The notes beneath the pieces are model-generated. The model saw nothing but the letters and a program-made list of their open reading frames with translations. It was not told the DNA's origin and did not search any database. Below are positions 1 through 12,714 of a DNA stretch of 64,000 nt, piece after piece. Made by a program: the position numbers and the translations under genes. Source of the stretch: Ginglymostoma cirratum. Its lineage: Eukaryota. Where the stretch lies: the NCBI GenBank assembly GCA_024137785.1, contig JAHRHZ010000251.1, positions 4,071,395-4,135,394 on the forward strand, given 5' to 3'. Positions within the stretch are counted from its first letter, which is position 1. Each line of letters begins with the position of its first letter.

Positions 1-562
1 TCTTGTAGATGGTACACACTGCTGTTATTGAGCATCACTGGTTGAGGGGGTGGCTGATTATGGATATGGTACTAATCAAGCAGGCTGCTTTCTCCTGGAT
101 GGTGTCAAGCTTCTTGAATGTTGATGTTCTGGTGTAACTCTCCTGTGGTCAGGGTCATTCGCTGTTCAAAGGTAACTCTACAAATAATTGCTTTTGTTCC
201 CTCTACCTTATTTCCTGGATGGAATGTCTGCCTTAGAACCCAAGAATGCCAGCAGGTCTCCAATAAATAATGATAATTCTTGATTTTTTTTTTGATATTG
301 TATATTGACATGTTACTTAACACATGTAGAGACCCATAACTGTGCCCTTCAGATTTTCCTTCAGTATCCATTATGGGCAGTTTGTTGCGTAACAGGGCGC
401 ACAGTACTTTGTTTCATTTTCATTAGGAGGTGTCATTTTCCCGTACAGTTGCCATTTGTCCATAACTACAGCTGTATATCTCAATACACTATGCATTGGG
501 CTGTGACAATGGCATGAAATTTGATGTCCGCATTAAACCAAAGGTAGTAGGTGCAGACCTCA

Positions 563-850
563 AGGAAAAGTGACTCAGCACTTAATACTGCTGTCTCACA
601 GCTCCAGGGACCTGGGTTTGGTTCCACCCTCGGGTGTCTGTGTGGAGTTTGCATATTTTCCCTGTGTCCACATGTGTTTCCTCCAGGTGTTCCAGTTTCC
701 TCCCACAGTCCAAAGATGTGCAGGTTAGGTGGTTTAGCCATGGGAAATGCAGAGTTATGGGATCGGGTTGGGTCTGGTTGGGATTCTCTTCAGGGGGCAG
801 TGATGACTGGATGGGCCAAATGGCCTGCTTCCATATTATAGCAATTCTAT
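563..850 (+). mobile_element. HE1-type V-SINE (tRNA-derived shark SINE)
   Basis: Degenerate tRNA head, central V-domain GTTTCCTCCAGGTGTTCCAGTTTCCTCCCACAGTCCAAAGATGTGCAGGTTAGG and CR1-like tail GGGCCAAATGGCCTGCTTCC; matches about 9 other copies in the window. Confidence 0.85.
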
Positions 851-1278
851 TTGACAAAAGCCTCCGAGGTCTAGTGAGCTTTATGATGAGATTGTAAAAA
901 TAGGACCAGAGGTAGACCATTTGGATCCTAGAGACTGCTCTACCATTCACTAAAATAATGTTTGATCCATTTGTGTTTGGAATTCCATATTCCCATCCAC
1001 TCCTGTTAACTTTTGATTCCTCAGAGACAACCAGCACTTGGAGTTATCATTCTAGTTGGACCGAAGGATCTGTTTCCATGCTGTACATATCTGTGACTCT
1101 ATCTATAATAACCTCATATGTTGTATTGTTTATTTATTTTGTAAGAAAGGCTTGCAATATTTGTAATTTTAGTAAGTTGCTGTATGTGGTGCAATATATG
1201 GCATAGCTGTGTTTAAACAATCATAATTTCATAAGTCTTCGTTTAATAATGCACAGCCAAGCTTCTCCTAAATGCGTT

Positions 1279-1512
1279 TCAGAGGTAATAGGAACCGCAG
1301 GTGCTGGAGAATCTGAGATAACAAGGTGTAGAGCTATACGAACACAGCAGGCCCAGCGGCGTCAGAGGAGCAGGAAGGCTTACGTTTTGGGTCTAGACCC
1401 TTCTTCAGAAAATTGGTCTGAAGAAGGGTCTAGGCCCGAAAAAATCAGCCTCCCTGCTCCTCTGATGTTGCTTGGCCTGCTGTGTTCATCCAGGTCTACA
1501 TCTTGTTATCTG
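1279..1512. mobile_element. Penelope-like element terminal fragment forming a fold-back hairpin
   Basis: Arms AGATAACAAGGTGTAGAGC...CCCTTCTTCAGA and TCTGAAGAAGGG...TCTACATCTTGTTATCT are near reverse complements; imperfect flanking duplication CTCCTAAAYGC (1265-1275, 1515-1525). Confidence 0.75.
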
Positions 1513-3121
1513 TCCTCCTAAACGCCCTTGTTTTGCCTTTTACTTTTGTTTGCTGTCTCTTTCCTTCCCAGAGTTTGATTTTGTTCTGGTTGGGTTCAAT
1601 TCTACAATCAGCAGTTTGTTGGACCTCATACTCATCTACCTGTGTCATTACAGGAACAGGAAGAGGTCCTCTAGATTGTTCCACAATTCAGCTAGAAAAT
1701 GGCTGATCTCTAATTTAAAAACAGCTCCAATAATTTCAGAAATAGTATTGTATAAAGGCTTATTTTTCTTTATCCACTCATTCAGTGGATGTCCCTGACT
1801 AGGCTAGCATTTATTTTTTGTCTGTAAATTGCTCTGAAGAAGTGAGCTCCATTTCTGAATCACTGCAGTCCCAGGCAGTGCTGTTTGGAAAGGAATTTCT
1901 TCATTGTTGCTATGTCAAAATTTTGAAACAACAATGTAGTTCCAAGTCAGAATGATGAAAATGTTCAGAGCTCCTTCCTGATTGTATACCACTATACCAC
2001 CACCTCTTTGGTGGGTCAGTCCTTGCGATAGGGCAAAACATACTCAGAGCTGGTTATAGTGATATCTGGGACATTGACTGTAAAGTATGATTTAATGAGA
2101 ATGACCATGTCCAGCTGTTGCTTGATTGAGACAGATCTTGCAATTTTGGCACAAGTCTCATATATTTATCAAGAAGACATTACAGTATCAACGGGGATGT
2201 TTTTACTGTGATTGTGCTTGATGCATAAGCCGTGCCTTGTTGACTGTCAGGTTTCATTTCTTCTTTAAACTTCGTATTAGTTTTGATAAAACTGCTATGC
2301 TCTTTCTAGGGCATTTGAATGTTAAACACATTGCTGTGGGTCTGGAGTTGAATGTAGTTCGGACAACGTAAAAGATAGCAGATCTTCCCCAAAGGACATA
2401 GGTAAATCACTAAATGCAGAATAAATGATGTCATACGTGCAAAGTGGAAGTTCTGTCATTGGTTTATGCTAGGAGTATTCAAATGGGCTTCTACAAGAAC
2501 GTTTCAAGGAAACATCCGCACCTTAATCAGAGAACATATAAAATGTAGACCATACTTAATTTGCCCATGTTTTCATGAACTTTTAACTTCATGCTTGACC
2601 CCCATGAACCATTATCCCGTATCTTACTGAATAATCACTGATCATGTGTGTTCTTTGAACATACCTCCACATCTCAACAGAATTGTTGATTAGCAGCAAG
2701 CTTTCCATTAGCTAAGTAAAATAAAAGTAGTAACAAAATATTTAATTGTATTTGTAAGTTTTATGTAGAAAAAATGTGCATACATTGTAACAAAATAGTT
2801 ACTAGAGACAGGTAGAAAAGCTGAAAATGCCAGGGTGACACAATAACATTAACTGTGTGTGCCATTATTACCCCAAAGCAGTTGTCAGCTTTTACTGTAC
2901 ATTTTATGTAAAGAAAGTCTTGAGCAGCCTTTTGTTTTTGACCAATATCGATGTAATTTAAAGAATTGCCATTTCCAATGGTAGTTTAGTGTATTGAATT
3001 AAAATTGATTGAAAGGCCTCAGTTATTATTAGCAAACCTATTTCTTCTTGAATACACTTACCTTTACTGCAGAAACAAATGTTTCTATTTCATAAATGGT
3101 AAAAGGAAAATGGTCTCTAAG

Positions 3122-3293
3122 CAGCAATTTTCCCCCAAATTTCTCTGCTGTGTGCATGCCGTTATGACCCTTCTAAGATTTCTGTGCACATGTGTATCTT
3201 AAAGGGAACATTGGTTGCACACAGTCTGTTCGTTGCACTACAGGGTATATTCTGGTTTGTTGCGCTACTGCACGGTTGAGAGAAAACATTGCT
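3122..3293. mobile_element. Small non-autonomous DNA transposon (MITE, possibly hAT-like)
   Basis: Termini CAGCAATTTTCC and GAAAACATTGCTG are imperfect inverted repeats; an internal AGGGAACATTGG copy of the terminal motif is present. Confidence 0.4.
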
Positions 3294-3825
3294 GAACAGG
3301 AAAGGAGAAATTGTTGACCTTCTTAAAATTTGTTAGGGTTGTAGGTAGAGAGAAGTCTCAATTTAGAGTTCCAATAGTAGTGCTGAAGTGTGCGGAAGTC
3401 TAGCTAACAATGATTAGGCAAAACAAGACGAAGTGCACAAGGTCAGAGTTTGAGGAATGTCAAATTTTGGGAAAGAACACAAGGTTCCAAGAGAGTTCAG
3501 ACACAGTCGTGCAAGTATTTGGAAATAGAAAGGATTTTATATGTGCAGTCTTGGGAAATTGGAAGCTGGTATGGCTTAATGTGGGTGTGAGTGAGATCTT
3601 GCAACCTCAGATGAGACTGTAGAGTTTTAGGCAAGATGAAATTTGAGAGGGTGGAGAAAAATTGGTGAGGGGAATATTGCAATAATCAAGTCGAGAGGCC
3701 ACTAAATTGTGGAAGTGTGTTTTGGTAGTCAGGGATCAAATTAAGGAATGTTGTGGAAGTTAGTCTGTTAACAATGACTTACAGGCATTTAAAGTCAAGT
3801 TGGAGTCTAATTGAGATTGTATACA

Positions 3826-4167
3826 GAGATATTAAGAACTGCCGATGCTGGAGTCTGAGAAAATAGTGTGGAGCTGGAGGAACACCGCAAGCCAGGCAGC
3901 ATCAGAGGAGCAGGAAAGCTGACGTTTTGGGTCAGGACCCTTCTTCAGAAACAGGGGAAGGGAAGGGGGCTCTGAAATAAATAGAGAGGGGGGGGCAGTG
4001 AGAGCTGGTAGGTAGTGGTGGAGATTGGTCAGTGAGGTGAAAGACAAGATGGACAGGTCAAGGAGGCTGGTCTTGTGATGAGGTTGGAGGCGGGGAGATT
4101 TTGAAGCTAGTAAAGCTCACATTGAGACCATTGGGTTGTAGGCTACCAAGGTGGAATATGAGGTGCT
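3826..4167 (-). mobile_element. Penelope-like element 3' fragment
   Basis: Reverse complement of the tail and pyrimidine-rich tract seen at 9480-9921; exact 11-bp flanking duplication GATTGTATACA (3815-3825, 4168-4178). Confidence 0.8.
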
Positions 4168-5382
4168 GATTGTATACAATTAAGTTTAGCCTGAGTATGT
4201 GGCTGGTTCCATCACTGTCCAAAGTGATGGGTTTAGGGTTTGTGGTCCTGGACTAAGATATTAGTTTAATCTTAGAAACATGGGAGCAGGGGTAAGCCAC
4301 TTGGCCATTTGAGCCTGGTCTGCCATGAATCCTGTCTTATGTTCAACTGCAGAATAAACTATACATTCAAGCTAATGTGCAAGGCAGTCTGACAACACAA
4401 AGTCATTCAAAAGATCAGAAGAAGCAATGATATTATCAATGCGTATGTGCAAATTAAAGCTATATCTGCAAATGATATCACTAAAGGGTAGCATTGTAGC
4501 CAAAGAGGCAAATAAATCATTTGAAGAAATCTGACAATGATGGATGTTGAGGGGTTGGGGCACTGAGATTTGATTGGGCAGCAATTAAAGATGATGTGCT
4601 GGCTATATTCAGCTCAGTAGAAATAGAACTGTGTTAGAGTACGGTGCCTGATGAACTTTTTTGAATGCTGCACAAGTGGTCAAGGTGGGATAAAGATTCA
4701 CAGTTGCCAAGGATATCATTCTTGATTTTTGCTTGCTTTTTAAACGACAATAAATTTCTTCACCCAGATAAAGTTGAACCTGTGTAATTCGCTACCAGAG
4801 AAACCAGTCGAGGCCAAAACGTTGTATGATTTCAAGACGGAGCTGGATATAGCACTTGGGTCTAAAAGGATCAAAGGCTATGGGGGGGGAAAGACTTGAA
4901 GGTCTGAATGGCCTGATGCAGTTGCTGTGCTTCTATAAAGACAGAATTGGATAGGGGGATTCGAACCAAGATTTCTGCAAGTTGGCAGTAGGTTGGAGGA
5001 GTGTAGTATAAGGACGATTTGAGGAAAAATGGGGATTTTAAAAAATGTAGATTCTTTGGAATGGATAGATAGCTTAAGGTTGACTTGATTTGAAGCAGTG
5101 TAATAATTATTTTGAAAGATAAGTGGATGATGCTTGAGACAAGGAAGTCTTCAAACCAGAAACGCAGAATATCTTCTTGTGCATTGGAACAGAAATAGTC
5201 TGTTCAGCCCATCAATCCTGCCCTGCCATTCAATTACATAATGCTTGAACGTCTGCTTCAATGTCACTTTCCCACATTATGTCTCCCAGTACCATTGGTC
5301 TACATTAGCCTATTAATTTCTATCTTAAACATGCTGAATAATTGAACTTTTACAGCTCCTTGGTTAGAGAATTCCAAAGTTT

Positions 5383-6955
5383 GGAGGTGATAAATGGGCA
5401 CTTGGATAATAATGATCTGATTGGACTTAATCATCATAGATTTGTGCATGGGAATGTCTGATAAACTTGGAGTTTTTTGAGAATGTTGCTCACAAAATTG
5501 ATCAGGTGATTCATTAGATGTATAATACTTGGATTTTCAAAAGGCTTTGAATGAGGTCTCCACTGGAGGTTGGTTAGCAAAGTTAATGCACATTGGATAG
5601 GAGGCAATGAATTAAGGTTTACCCAGCAGGAAGAAAACAGTAGGAATACATGGATAACTCTTGTGTTGGCAGGCTGTGACTTTTAGGATATTAGTTTGGA
5701 TGTAGAGATCAATTGTAGTATTTTGAAATTTGCAGATGATACAAGGCAAGGTGGGAAAGTGTGTTGTAAGAAAGATGTAGTGCAGCTTCAGAGGATTTGG
5801 ATAAGCTTAATGGTGGGCAAAAACATGGCAGATGGAATATTATGTGGAAAGATGTGAAGTTTTCCACTTTGGTAGGAGGAACAAATGTGTAGAGTATTTC
5901 TTAAATGGTAAAAGATTGTAAAGTGTGAAAGTACAGGGTGACCTTGAGTGTCCTTGTTAATAAGTTACTGATAGTTAACGTGTAGGTGCAACAAGCTGTT
6001 GAGAAGGCTTATGAAAGGCTTATGCACTGACACAGTAATTACCACTGCTGCCAGGGATCTGGGTTCAATTTCGGCCTTGGGTAACTGTCTGTGAGGAATT
6101 TGTACATTCTCCCTGTGGTATCCTTGAGGTGTTCTGGTTTCCGCCCACAGTCCAAAGATGTGCAGCTTAGTTGAATTGGTCATGCTAAAGAAAATTGGCC
6201 AGTAGTGTGCAGGTTAGCCATGCTAAAAATCCTGTACGGGGTTACAGGGATTGGGTGGGAGTGTGGGCGTGGGTAGGATGCTGGTCGAAGGATCAGTGCA
6301 AACTCGTTAGGATAAATGGTCTCTTTCTGCACTGTAGGAATTCTGTGATTCAGCATCATAAGAGAATTTGAGTACTGGTATAGTAAAGTCTTGCCTAACT
6401 TACATAGGACATTGATTAGACTGTACTTGGGGTACTGTGTGCAGTTTTGATCTCTTTACATCAGAAGATATTGTAGCCATGGAGGGAATGCAATGAAGGC
6501 ACAGCAGATCTGTTCATGGGAAGGTTGGGCCTGAGCTATTGGTCAGGAGTCTGTATTCTGTAGAGCTTCAGGGAATAAGAGGTGATCTAATTGAAACCTG
6601 CAACATTCTTAAGGGGATAGACCAGGTGGATGCCTGGTCCAGGTAAAATGTATCTCCTGGTGGAAATTCAAGGACAAGGGAGCATGATTTAAAAATAAGA
6701 GAATGGCATTCAGGATCGAAGTGTGAAGGAAGTTTTTTTTTGAACTTGGAGCAATGTGAATCTTTGAAAATTTCTATCCCAGAGGGCTATGGAAACTCAG
6801 GCTTTGAGTATGTTCAAAGTCAAGATAGATTTTGGATTACCAATAGAATGAAGTGTTGGGGGAAAAAGCATTGAAATGTTTGATTGTCCATGATATTAAC
6901 TTGTGGTGCATGCTCGATGGGTTCAGTGGCCTACTCCTGTTCCTATGTTTGTAGG
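5383..6955 (+). mobile_element. Decayed CR1 LINE ORF2 (RT) fragment with 3' tail, interrupted by an HE1 SINE
   Basis: Frameshifted CR1 RT motifs (LDFQKA, KFADDT, WQMEY, HFGRRN) and tail GGCCTACTCCTGTTCCTATG. Confidence 0.8.
6027..6351 (+). mobile_element. HE1-type SINE nested in CR1
   Basis: GGGTTCAATT B-box-like motif, CCCACAGTCCAAAGATGTGCAG V-domain, tail CACTGTAGGAATTCTGTGATTC. Confidence 0.85.
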
Positions 6956-7757
6956 TTCACTGCCCTCTGAGTGAAGAAATTCCTCGTCGCAGTCTTTTAA
7001 ATGGCCAGCCATTTATCTTGAGATTTGTATCCTGATTTTAGACTTATCAGCCAAGAAACACATCTGATCTGCATTCAACCTGTCACACCCTGTAAGAATT
7101 TTATAAATTTCGATGAGATTACTATGCTTCTTTGAAACTCTGGAGCATACTGACCCAGTTTCTTCAGTGAGACCTCAAGACAATCCTGCCATCCCAGGGT
7201 CTAATCTGGTGAACCTATATTGAACTCCCACTTTGGCAAGTATATTCTTCTTTCAAAATGGAAAGTGAAACTGGACAAGAGAGGCTTATAAATGTTGATG
7301 TGCAGGAGGATTTGCAGGCTTTCACACTTTTTTGTATTAATCCACAGGATGTGGGCGTCACTTGCTGGGCCTGCATGTATCGCTCATTTTTAGTAATTCT
7401 TGAGGAAGGTGGTAGTGGGCTGCCGCCTTGAACAGCTATAGTCCGTATGCTGTAGGTAGACGAACAATGCCACGTAAAACTTAAAGTTAACATGCAAGGA
7501 CTGCGAACAGTTTGGTAGGCAAATGGTGCATTAGTCTTTATTGTGAGGGATTGGAGTATAATAAGAGTTAGGAAATATTGCTGCAATTGTGTAGAAATTT
7601 GGTAAGACAACACCTAGAGTACTGTTATGATTTTGGTATCTACCTAAAGAAGGGTATGTTTATTTTCGAGTAGGTTCAGCAAATAAATATTAGATTGATT
7701 TTTGTCCCTATCCCTGAGCTAACATCATTTTCTAGGCTTTCTTTAACTCTCCTCAGG

Positions 7758-8290
7758 ACATCTGCTAGTTCAACTTGTGCGATCCACCTCTTATTCTCTG
7801 AAGCCTATTCACATGAAACCACTGACCACGTAATTTCCTTTCCTGTGCTTTATGCTGCCTGATACAGTCAGTGGTTTGTTCTCAATACTGTCCATATCTC
7901 TCTACAATCTGCCATCAGTCAACTCAGAAAATCCTGTCTTGGCTCCCTTCTGTTTTTGCAAACTGCCAACTTCTTATATCCCACTTCATTTTTCCTCTTC
8001 AAAGTCCTTCAATGTGTTATCATCTCCAAGCTGATGCCATCTTTCCAATCAGGTTTTGTTTCTCCTGCCGGACTCAAGCCAGCCTTACCAATGAGACAGT
8101 GATGCTATGTTACAATGAAAAGCTCTCTGCCCTATGCTTCTCCAGTTGCTTACAGGATTTAACACACTTGACTATGGCATCCTCCTCTGCTGAGTCTTCA
8201 CTATTGTCCAACTGAATTAGGCCATGTACTAATTCAGTTAGTACATGGCCTAACTGAATTAGTACACCTGGTTCCGTTCTACCGTCTTTA
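7758..8290 (+). mobile_element. Old L2-like LINE RT fragment
   Basis: Degenerate L2-type motifs (TTCCAATCAGGTTT = FQSGF; CCTGGTTCCGTTCTACC resembling WF.SYL); no intact frame. Confidence 0.45.
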
Positions 8291-8504
8291 TTTATTTTCT
8301 GCCAGACAGAGCTTGAAGCCTAATCATTGAATGTTTTCAAGAAGCAGTTCTTCAGGCTAAAGAAATCAAAAGGCTTGGGGAGAGGGCAGGAACAGGATAC
8401 TGAATTTGGTGATCAGCTATGATCACATTGGATGACAGAGCAAGCTTGAAGGGCCAAATGGTTACAGAAGGGGAGGAACCAAGACCTAGAACTCTGAAGA
8501 GTTT

Positions 8505-8752
8505 AGAGGCGAGTTTGTTTGGAATTATGTTGTTGAAGACAGAGTTGTAGTCAATAAATAGGAGCCTGATGTAGGTATCTTTGTTGTCCAGAGATGAGCG
8601 TAGAGACAGGGAGATGGCATCTGCTGTGAACCTGTTGTGCCGCTAGGCAAATTGCAGAGGATCAAAGCAATATGGTAGACTGCAGTTGATGTGAGCCATA
8701 AACAACCTCTGAAATCACACCATAATTATGGAGGTCAGAGCTGCCGGGTGGT
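8505..8752 (-). mobile_element. Rex1/Babar-like LINE RT fragment
   Basis: Minus strand reads approximately DPLQFA*RHNRFTADAIS...LDNKDTYIRLLFIDYNSVFN, typical of Rex1-clade RT. Confidence 0.75.
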
Positions 8753-9125
8753 ATGAGGGATTTCAGTTACAATGTTTAGAATTTTTACTCGAAGACCGTA
8801 GCTCTATAGAGTATAGAGTAATGCACTTAAGGTTATGCAACAAATAGACAAATTCTATCAGTTCAAGGTTTCAGTATTTAAGAAAAATGAGACACTGACT
8901 AGAGTCTGTTAATTACGATCATGACAGTACTGTCAGGTGTGATTCTCTTTCACATTGAATAGTGTTCATTTACTTCTTTTTACGCGAGTAAACTGGCAAT
9001 TGTAATACATGGAAATACTGTATGACAGCCTATTCTTATTAATGTTTGTCCTCTGTAAATTATCCTACTGACATTCGCTTACCCTGTCTATAAATTCTAC
9101 AACCTAATGAATTTTTATATTAAAC

Positions 9126-9921
9126 AGAGACAACAGAGTGTAGAGCTGGAGGAACACAGCATCAGAGGAGCAGGAAAGTTGACATTTCGGGTCGGGACCC
9201 TTCAGAAATGAAAAGGGGGAGGGGAGCTGGGAAAAAAATAGAGGAGGGGTGGAGATGGGGAAGATAGGTAGGATGGTGATAGGTGACTGCAGGTAGGGAG
9301 TGGTGGTGATTGGTCAGTGGGATGGGTGGGGTGGATAGGCAGGAGAGAGGATGGACAGGTTGTGAGACCAAGCGTAGACTCGAAGACCGTTTCATAGAGC
9401 ATCTGTGCTCTGTATACGACAAACGACAATGCCTTCTGGTTGCCAACCATTTTAACTACCCCCCTACTTCCTGGGTGACCTCCAGTGTCTCAGTGACGCC
9501 ACCCGCAAACTGGAGAAACAGCACCTCATATTCTGCCTCGACGGCCTAAACATGGAATTCACCAGTTTTAAAAGCTCCCCACCCATGGCGTCATCCCATG
9601 CCCAACCCTCCATCTCATCCCCGCTTCCTTGACCTTACCCAACCTGTCCATCTTCTCTCCCACCTATCTGCTCCTCCCACCTCGCTGACCATTTCCCACA
9701 ACTCCCTACCTGCACTCACCTATTACCCTCCCACCGACCTTCCCCAGCCCCACCCCTCCTCTCTCACTTTATTTCTCAGCTCCCTTCCCCCTCCCCATTT
9801 CCCAAGAAGGGTCCCATTCCGAAATGTCAACTTTCCAGCTCCTCCGATGCTGCCTGGCCTGTTGTGTTCCTCCAGCTCCACACTTATCTCTGAGTCCAGC
9901 ATCTGCAGTTCTTGATATCTC
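9126..9921 (+). mobile_element. Penelope-like element: GIY-YIG endonuclease C-terminal remnant plus inverted 5' copy of its own 3' end
   Basis: ORF 9310-9549 contains ETKRRLEDRFIEHL...VANHFN (PLE GIY-YIG region); 9126-9362 is the reverse complement of about 9640-9885; degenerate duplication TGAATTTT..ATTAAAC (9108-9125, 9922-9937). Confidence 0.85.
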
Positions 9922-11546
9922 TGAATTTTCATTAAACCCTCTTTTAAAGTTTCAATATTGTACATGGGGTTCATTTCACTGTTATTTATGTTTACGAATT
10001 ATATCAGATACATCATGGAAAAGGAGTTTAAATTTTGCTCTTGATACCAAAGAGGGCATGTTAATTGTTCAGAGAACCATAGGAAGCTGAAAAAACACAT
10101 TTATTAAGATTCTTTATAAGCTCACAGTTACCTTTTGTTTTCATTTCTGTGGTATCCCTTAAGACCAAATCTGGAATTCTGTTGGAATTTTTATATATAG
10201 CCTTATCAATCCGAAATACTTTTCGTAATTTCATGGAACCTGTACCCCAAACCTCGTTGAGTCTAACTCAGTTTAGCAAGTAATTAGTGTTTTTTTAAAA
10301 ACTAAAATGTATTATTTCATAAGACACTAGATACTGCTCATCACCTGTAGGCTATTCTGTTACCAATATCGATATTTTCTCTGCAATTCCTTTGATTTGC
10401 TAAATAGCAAGCAATGTCCTCTACTTTGGAATAATCTGCAAATATCAGAATGCCTTCCCCCTTGATCCAAATCACAATATACATAATGGTCAGAAGTGGA
10501 ACACTAGCAAAAACTTGCAATCATTCTCGGGGGAGAATATATCTTAATTCCTAACTTTCATACTTCAGACAAATTAACAGTCTGGTTTGCTGTCTTTCTT
10601 GAATGGTAGATCCCTTAACTTTCCCTAGTGTTCTGCTATGTTGAATGTTTTCCTAATGTCCAGTTGCACTACGTCCACTGTATTTCCAAAATTTACAGTT
10701 TGTAATACATGCTGGCTACTTCTACCTTTTTCTCTCCAGCAGTCAAATGATGTATAAGCAGAATGCTTATTGAATAAAGGAAAATTGAGCCATGGTAATT
10801 CATGCATTTCAATAGCTGGTGTACAGAGTTAGGATTATCTGTGATCTGTTGATTTTCTTACACATCTGGTCACAAACTAGAATCACAAAACCATTGCTAT
10901 CGAATTAACACTTGTTCTGTAGCCTTTCGGGGGCAAAAAGGATTTGTTTGATAATAATTGTTAATGTCAGACGTAGGAACCAATCTAGTTTCATTCTGAA
11001 GTGAGACTGAGAAATTGTTCAGACGGTACATAGTTGTGAAGGAGAGTACGTTATGAACGAGAGTGCATGATGAAGCGTTGGTTGTAAATGGAAATGTAAT
11101 TAGAAGTAATATTACAAGAGAAATATCTCACTGTTCCCACTGGAGCAGCATGTATGTTTCATATATGCAGTGCATAAGAGCACATAGTCTGCAGGCTAGT
11201 CAGTGGATAGGTAATGTAAAATGTATTGATAACATGTATGCACATAGTTTTAGATCAGAACATTTGTAAATCGTGTACTGTAATTTTGCAAGTATATACA
11301 CAAATGTTTCAATCATTTATAAATAGCATAAAAGTGTTCAAACTGCATCCAGGTTTTATTGTTATCGGTACTTGTATATTTTCCTTTTGGAACTAATTAA
11401 CCTGTGTCCCCTTGCACGCTTCAGACTTTTCTGAGCCAAACTTGGAATCATTTGACCACTGTTACTTTACAGGTTGGATACAGAAATGACCATTGATCCA
11501 GCATTGCTCAGTCATTTTGGAAGAGCATGTAGCCCTGTACCAACAG

Positions 11547-11645
11547 GTTCTTGTAGTGCAGAGGTAGTGTCCCTACCACTGGGCTCACGTTCAGTTCCCC
11601 ACTTGCTCCGATGTGTGTCATAATATGTCTGGACAAGATGATAGG
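11547..11645 (+). mobile_element. Short tRNA-derived SINE (second family)
   Basis: CTTGTAGTGCAGAGGTAGTGTCCCTAC...CCCACTTGCTCC; similar copies at about 20008-20105 (+) and 48205-48305 (-). Confidence 0.6.
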
Positions 11646-12714
11646 AGATATTTATACTGTAGTTCTATATTTATTATAGATATTATCCTATTCTTTATTA
11701 TTGATTTTTTTTTTTTGACCCATCATAAATGTTTTGCTTCCAGCCTATTGGAAAATCCATTTCACGATAGGCACTCTTCATGTCAACATCGAACTGATAT
11801 TTGACTTATCCTGTTTCCTCTGTTCAATATAAATATTTTATGATGTTATCATGATACGTTCCTTTAATAAGCATTAAAGTCATGTGTTGAAGTCCTATCT
11901 GTTCCTAGTTTTTTTAACATCACCAGTTTCTTGTGAAATGGTGAATCTGCCAATGACATCAGTGTTTTATTTAGAATTAATGAATATTCTTGATTTATAA
12001 ACCAATTGTTATAAATTGATTTAAATTTGTTATTGCACCTAATGCCTAATTAAGTTGTTGCATATCAGCAAATTTGGTTCACTGAAAAAAATCAGTTGTT
12101 GTGAGCTATGTATGAAAATTAAATTTTAAGGTTTTTGAATTAAAACTTAAATTTCAAATTGAAATAACTGTAAATTAAAAGTTCACATCCTAACTAAAAT
12201 TTTAATGAGTGTAAAAAGCAATTCATGTGAAAAGCAATCCTTTGAATTTGGGACAACTTCAGGACAAGGCAAACTATCAGTATAAAGTATTTGAAATTTG
12301 AGAGTGGTCTACATTGGAGACTTGCTGTTGTGACCTTCTCAGTTCTAATATTTCATCATTTTTTAAACTCCCATTTCTGATGTTAACTGAATGTAATAGT
12401 TATTTTTCTCGTTTAAGTCTGATGTCACAAACTTGAATGCACTGAGCACATAACAGGTGAGACTAAATCAAACGTTATTGTTCTTCACTGTCCAACTAAA
12501 TCCGCCTATTACTTCATGACTGCTGTTGAAGGTAGAGTCAACCTACAAAACGGTTTTGCCGTTATAAGGATTTCTGAAATCTCTTTTCTGCATCATTAGT
12601 TCATTGCTTGGCACTAGCTGCAAGGAACCTGTGAATTTGGACGGTTTCAAAGGCTGATGTTGTGTTTGTGCTGCCTCTGACATTATCTGTCTTCTGTTGC
12701 TCTTCTGCACAGTT

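Noticed and set aside
11473-11545. Possible + strand exon after TTACTTTTACAG
   Set aside because: No TTC1-like peptide and no convincing donor; it runs into a SINE.
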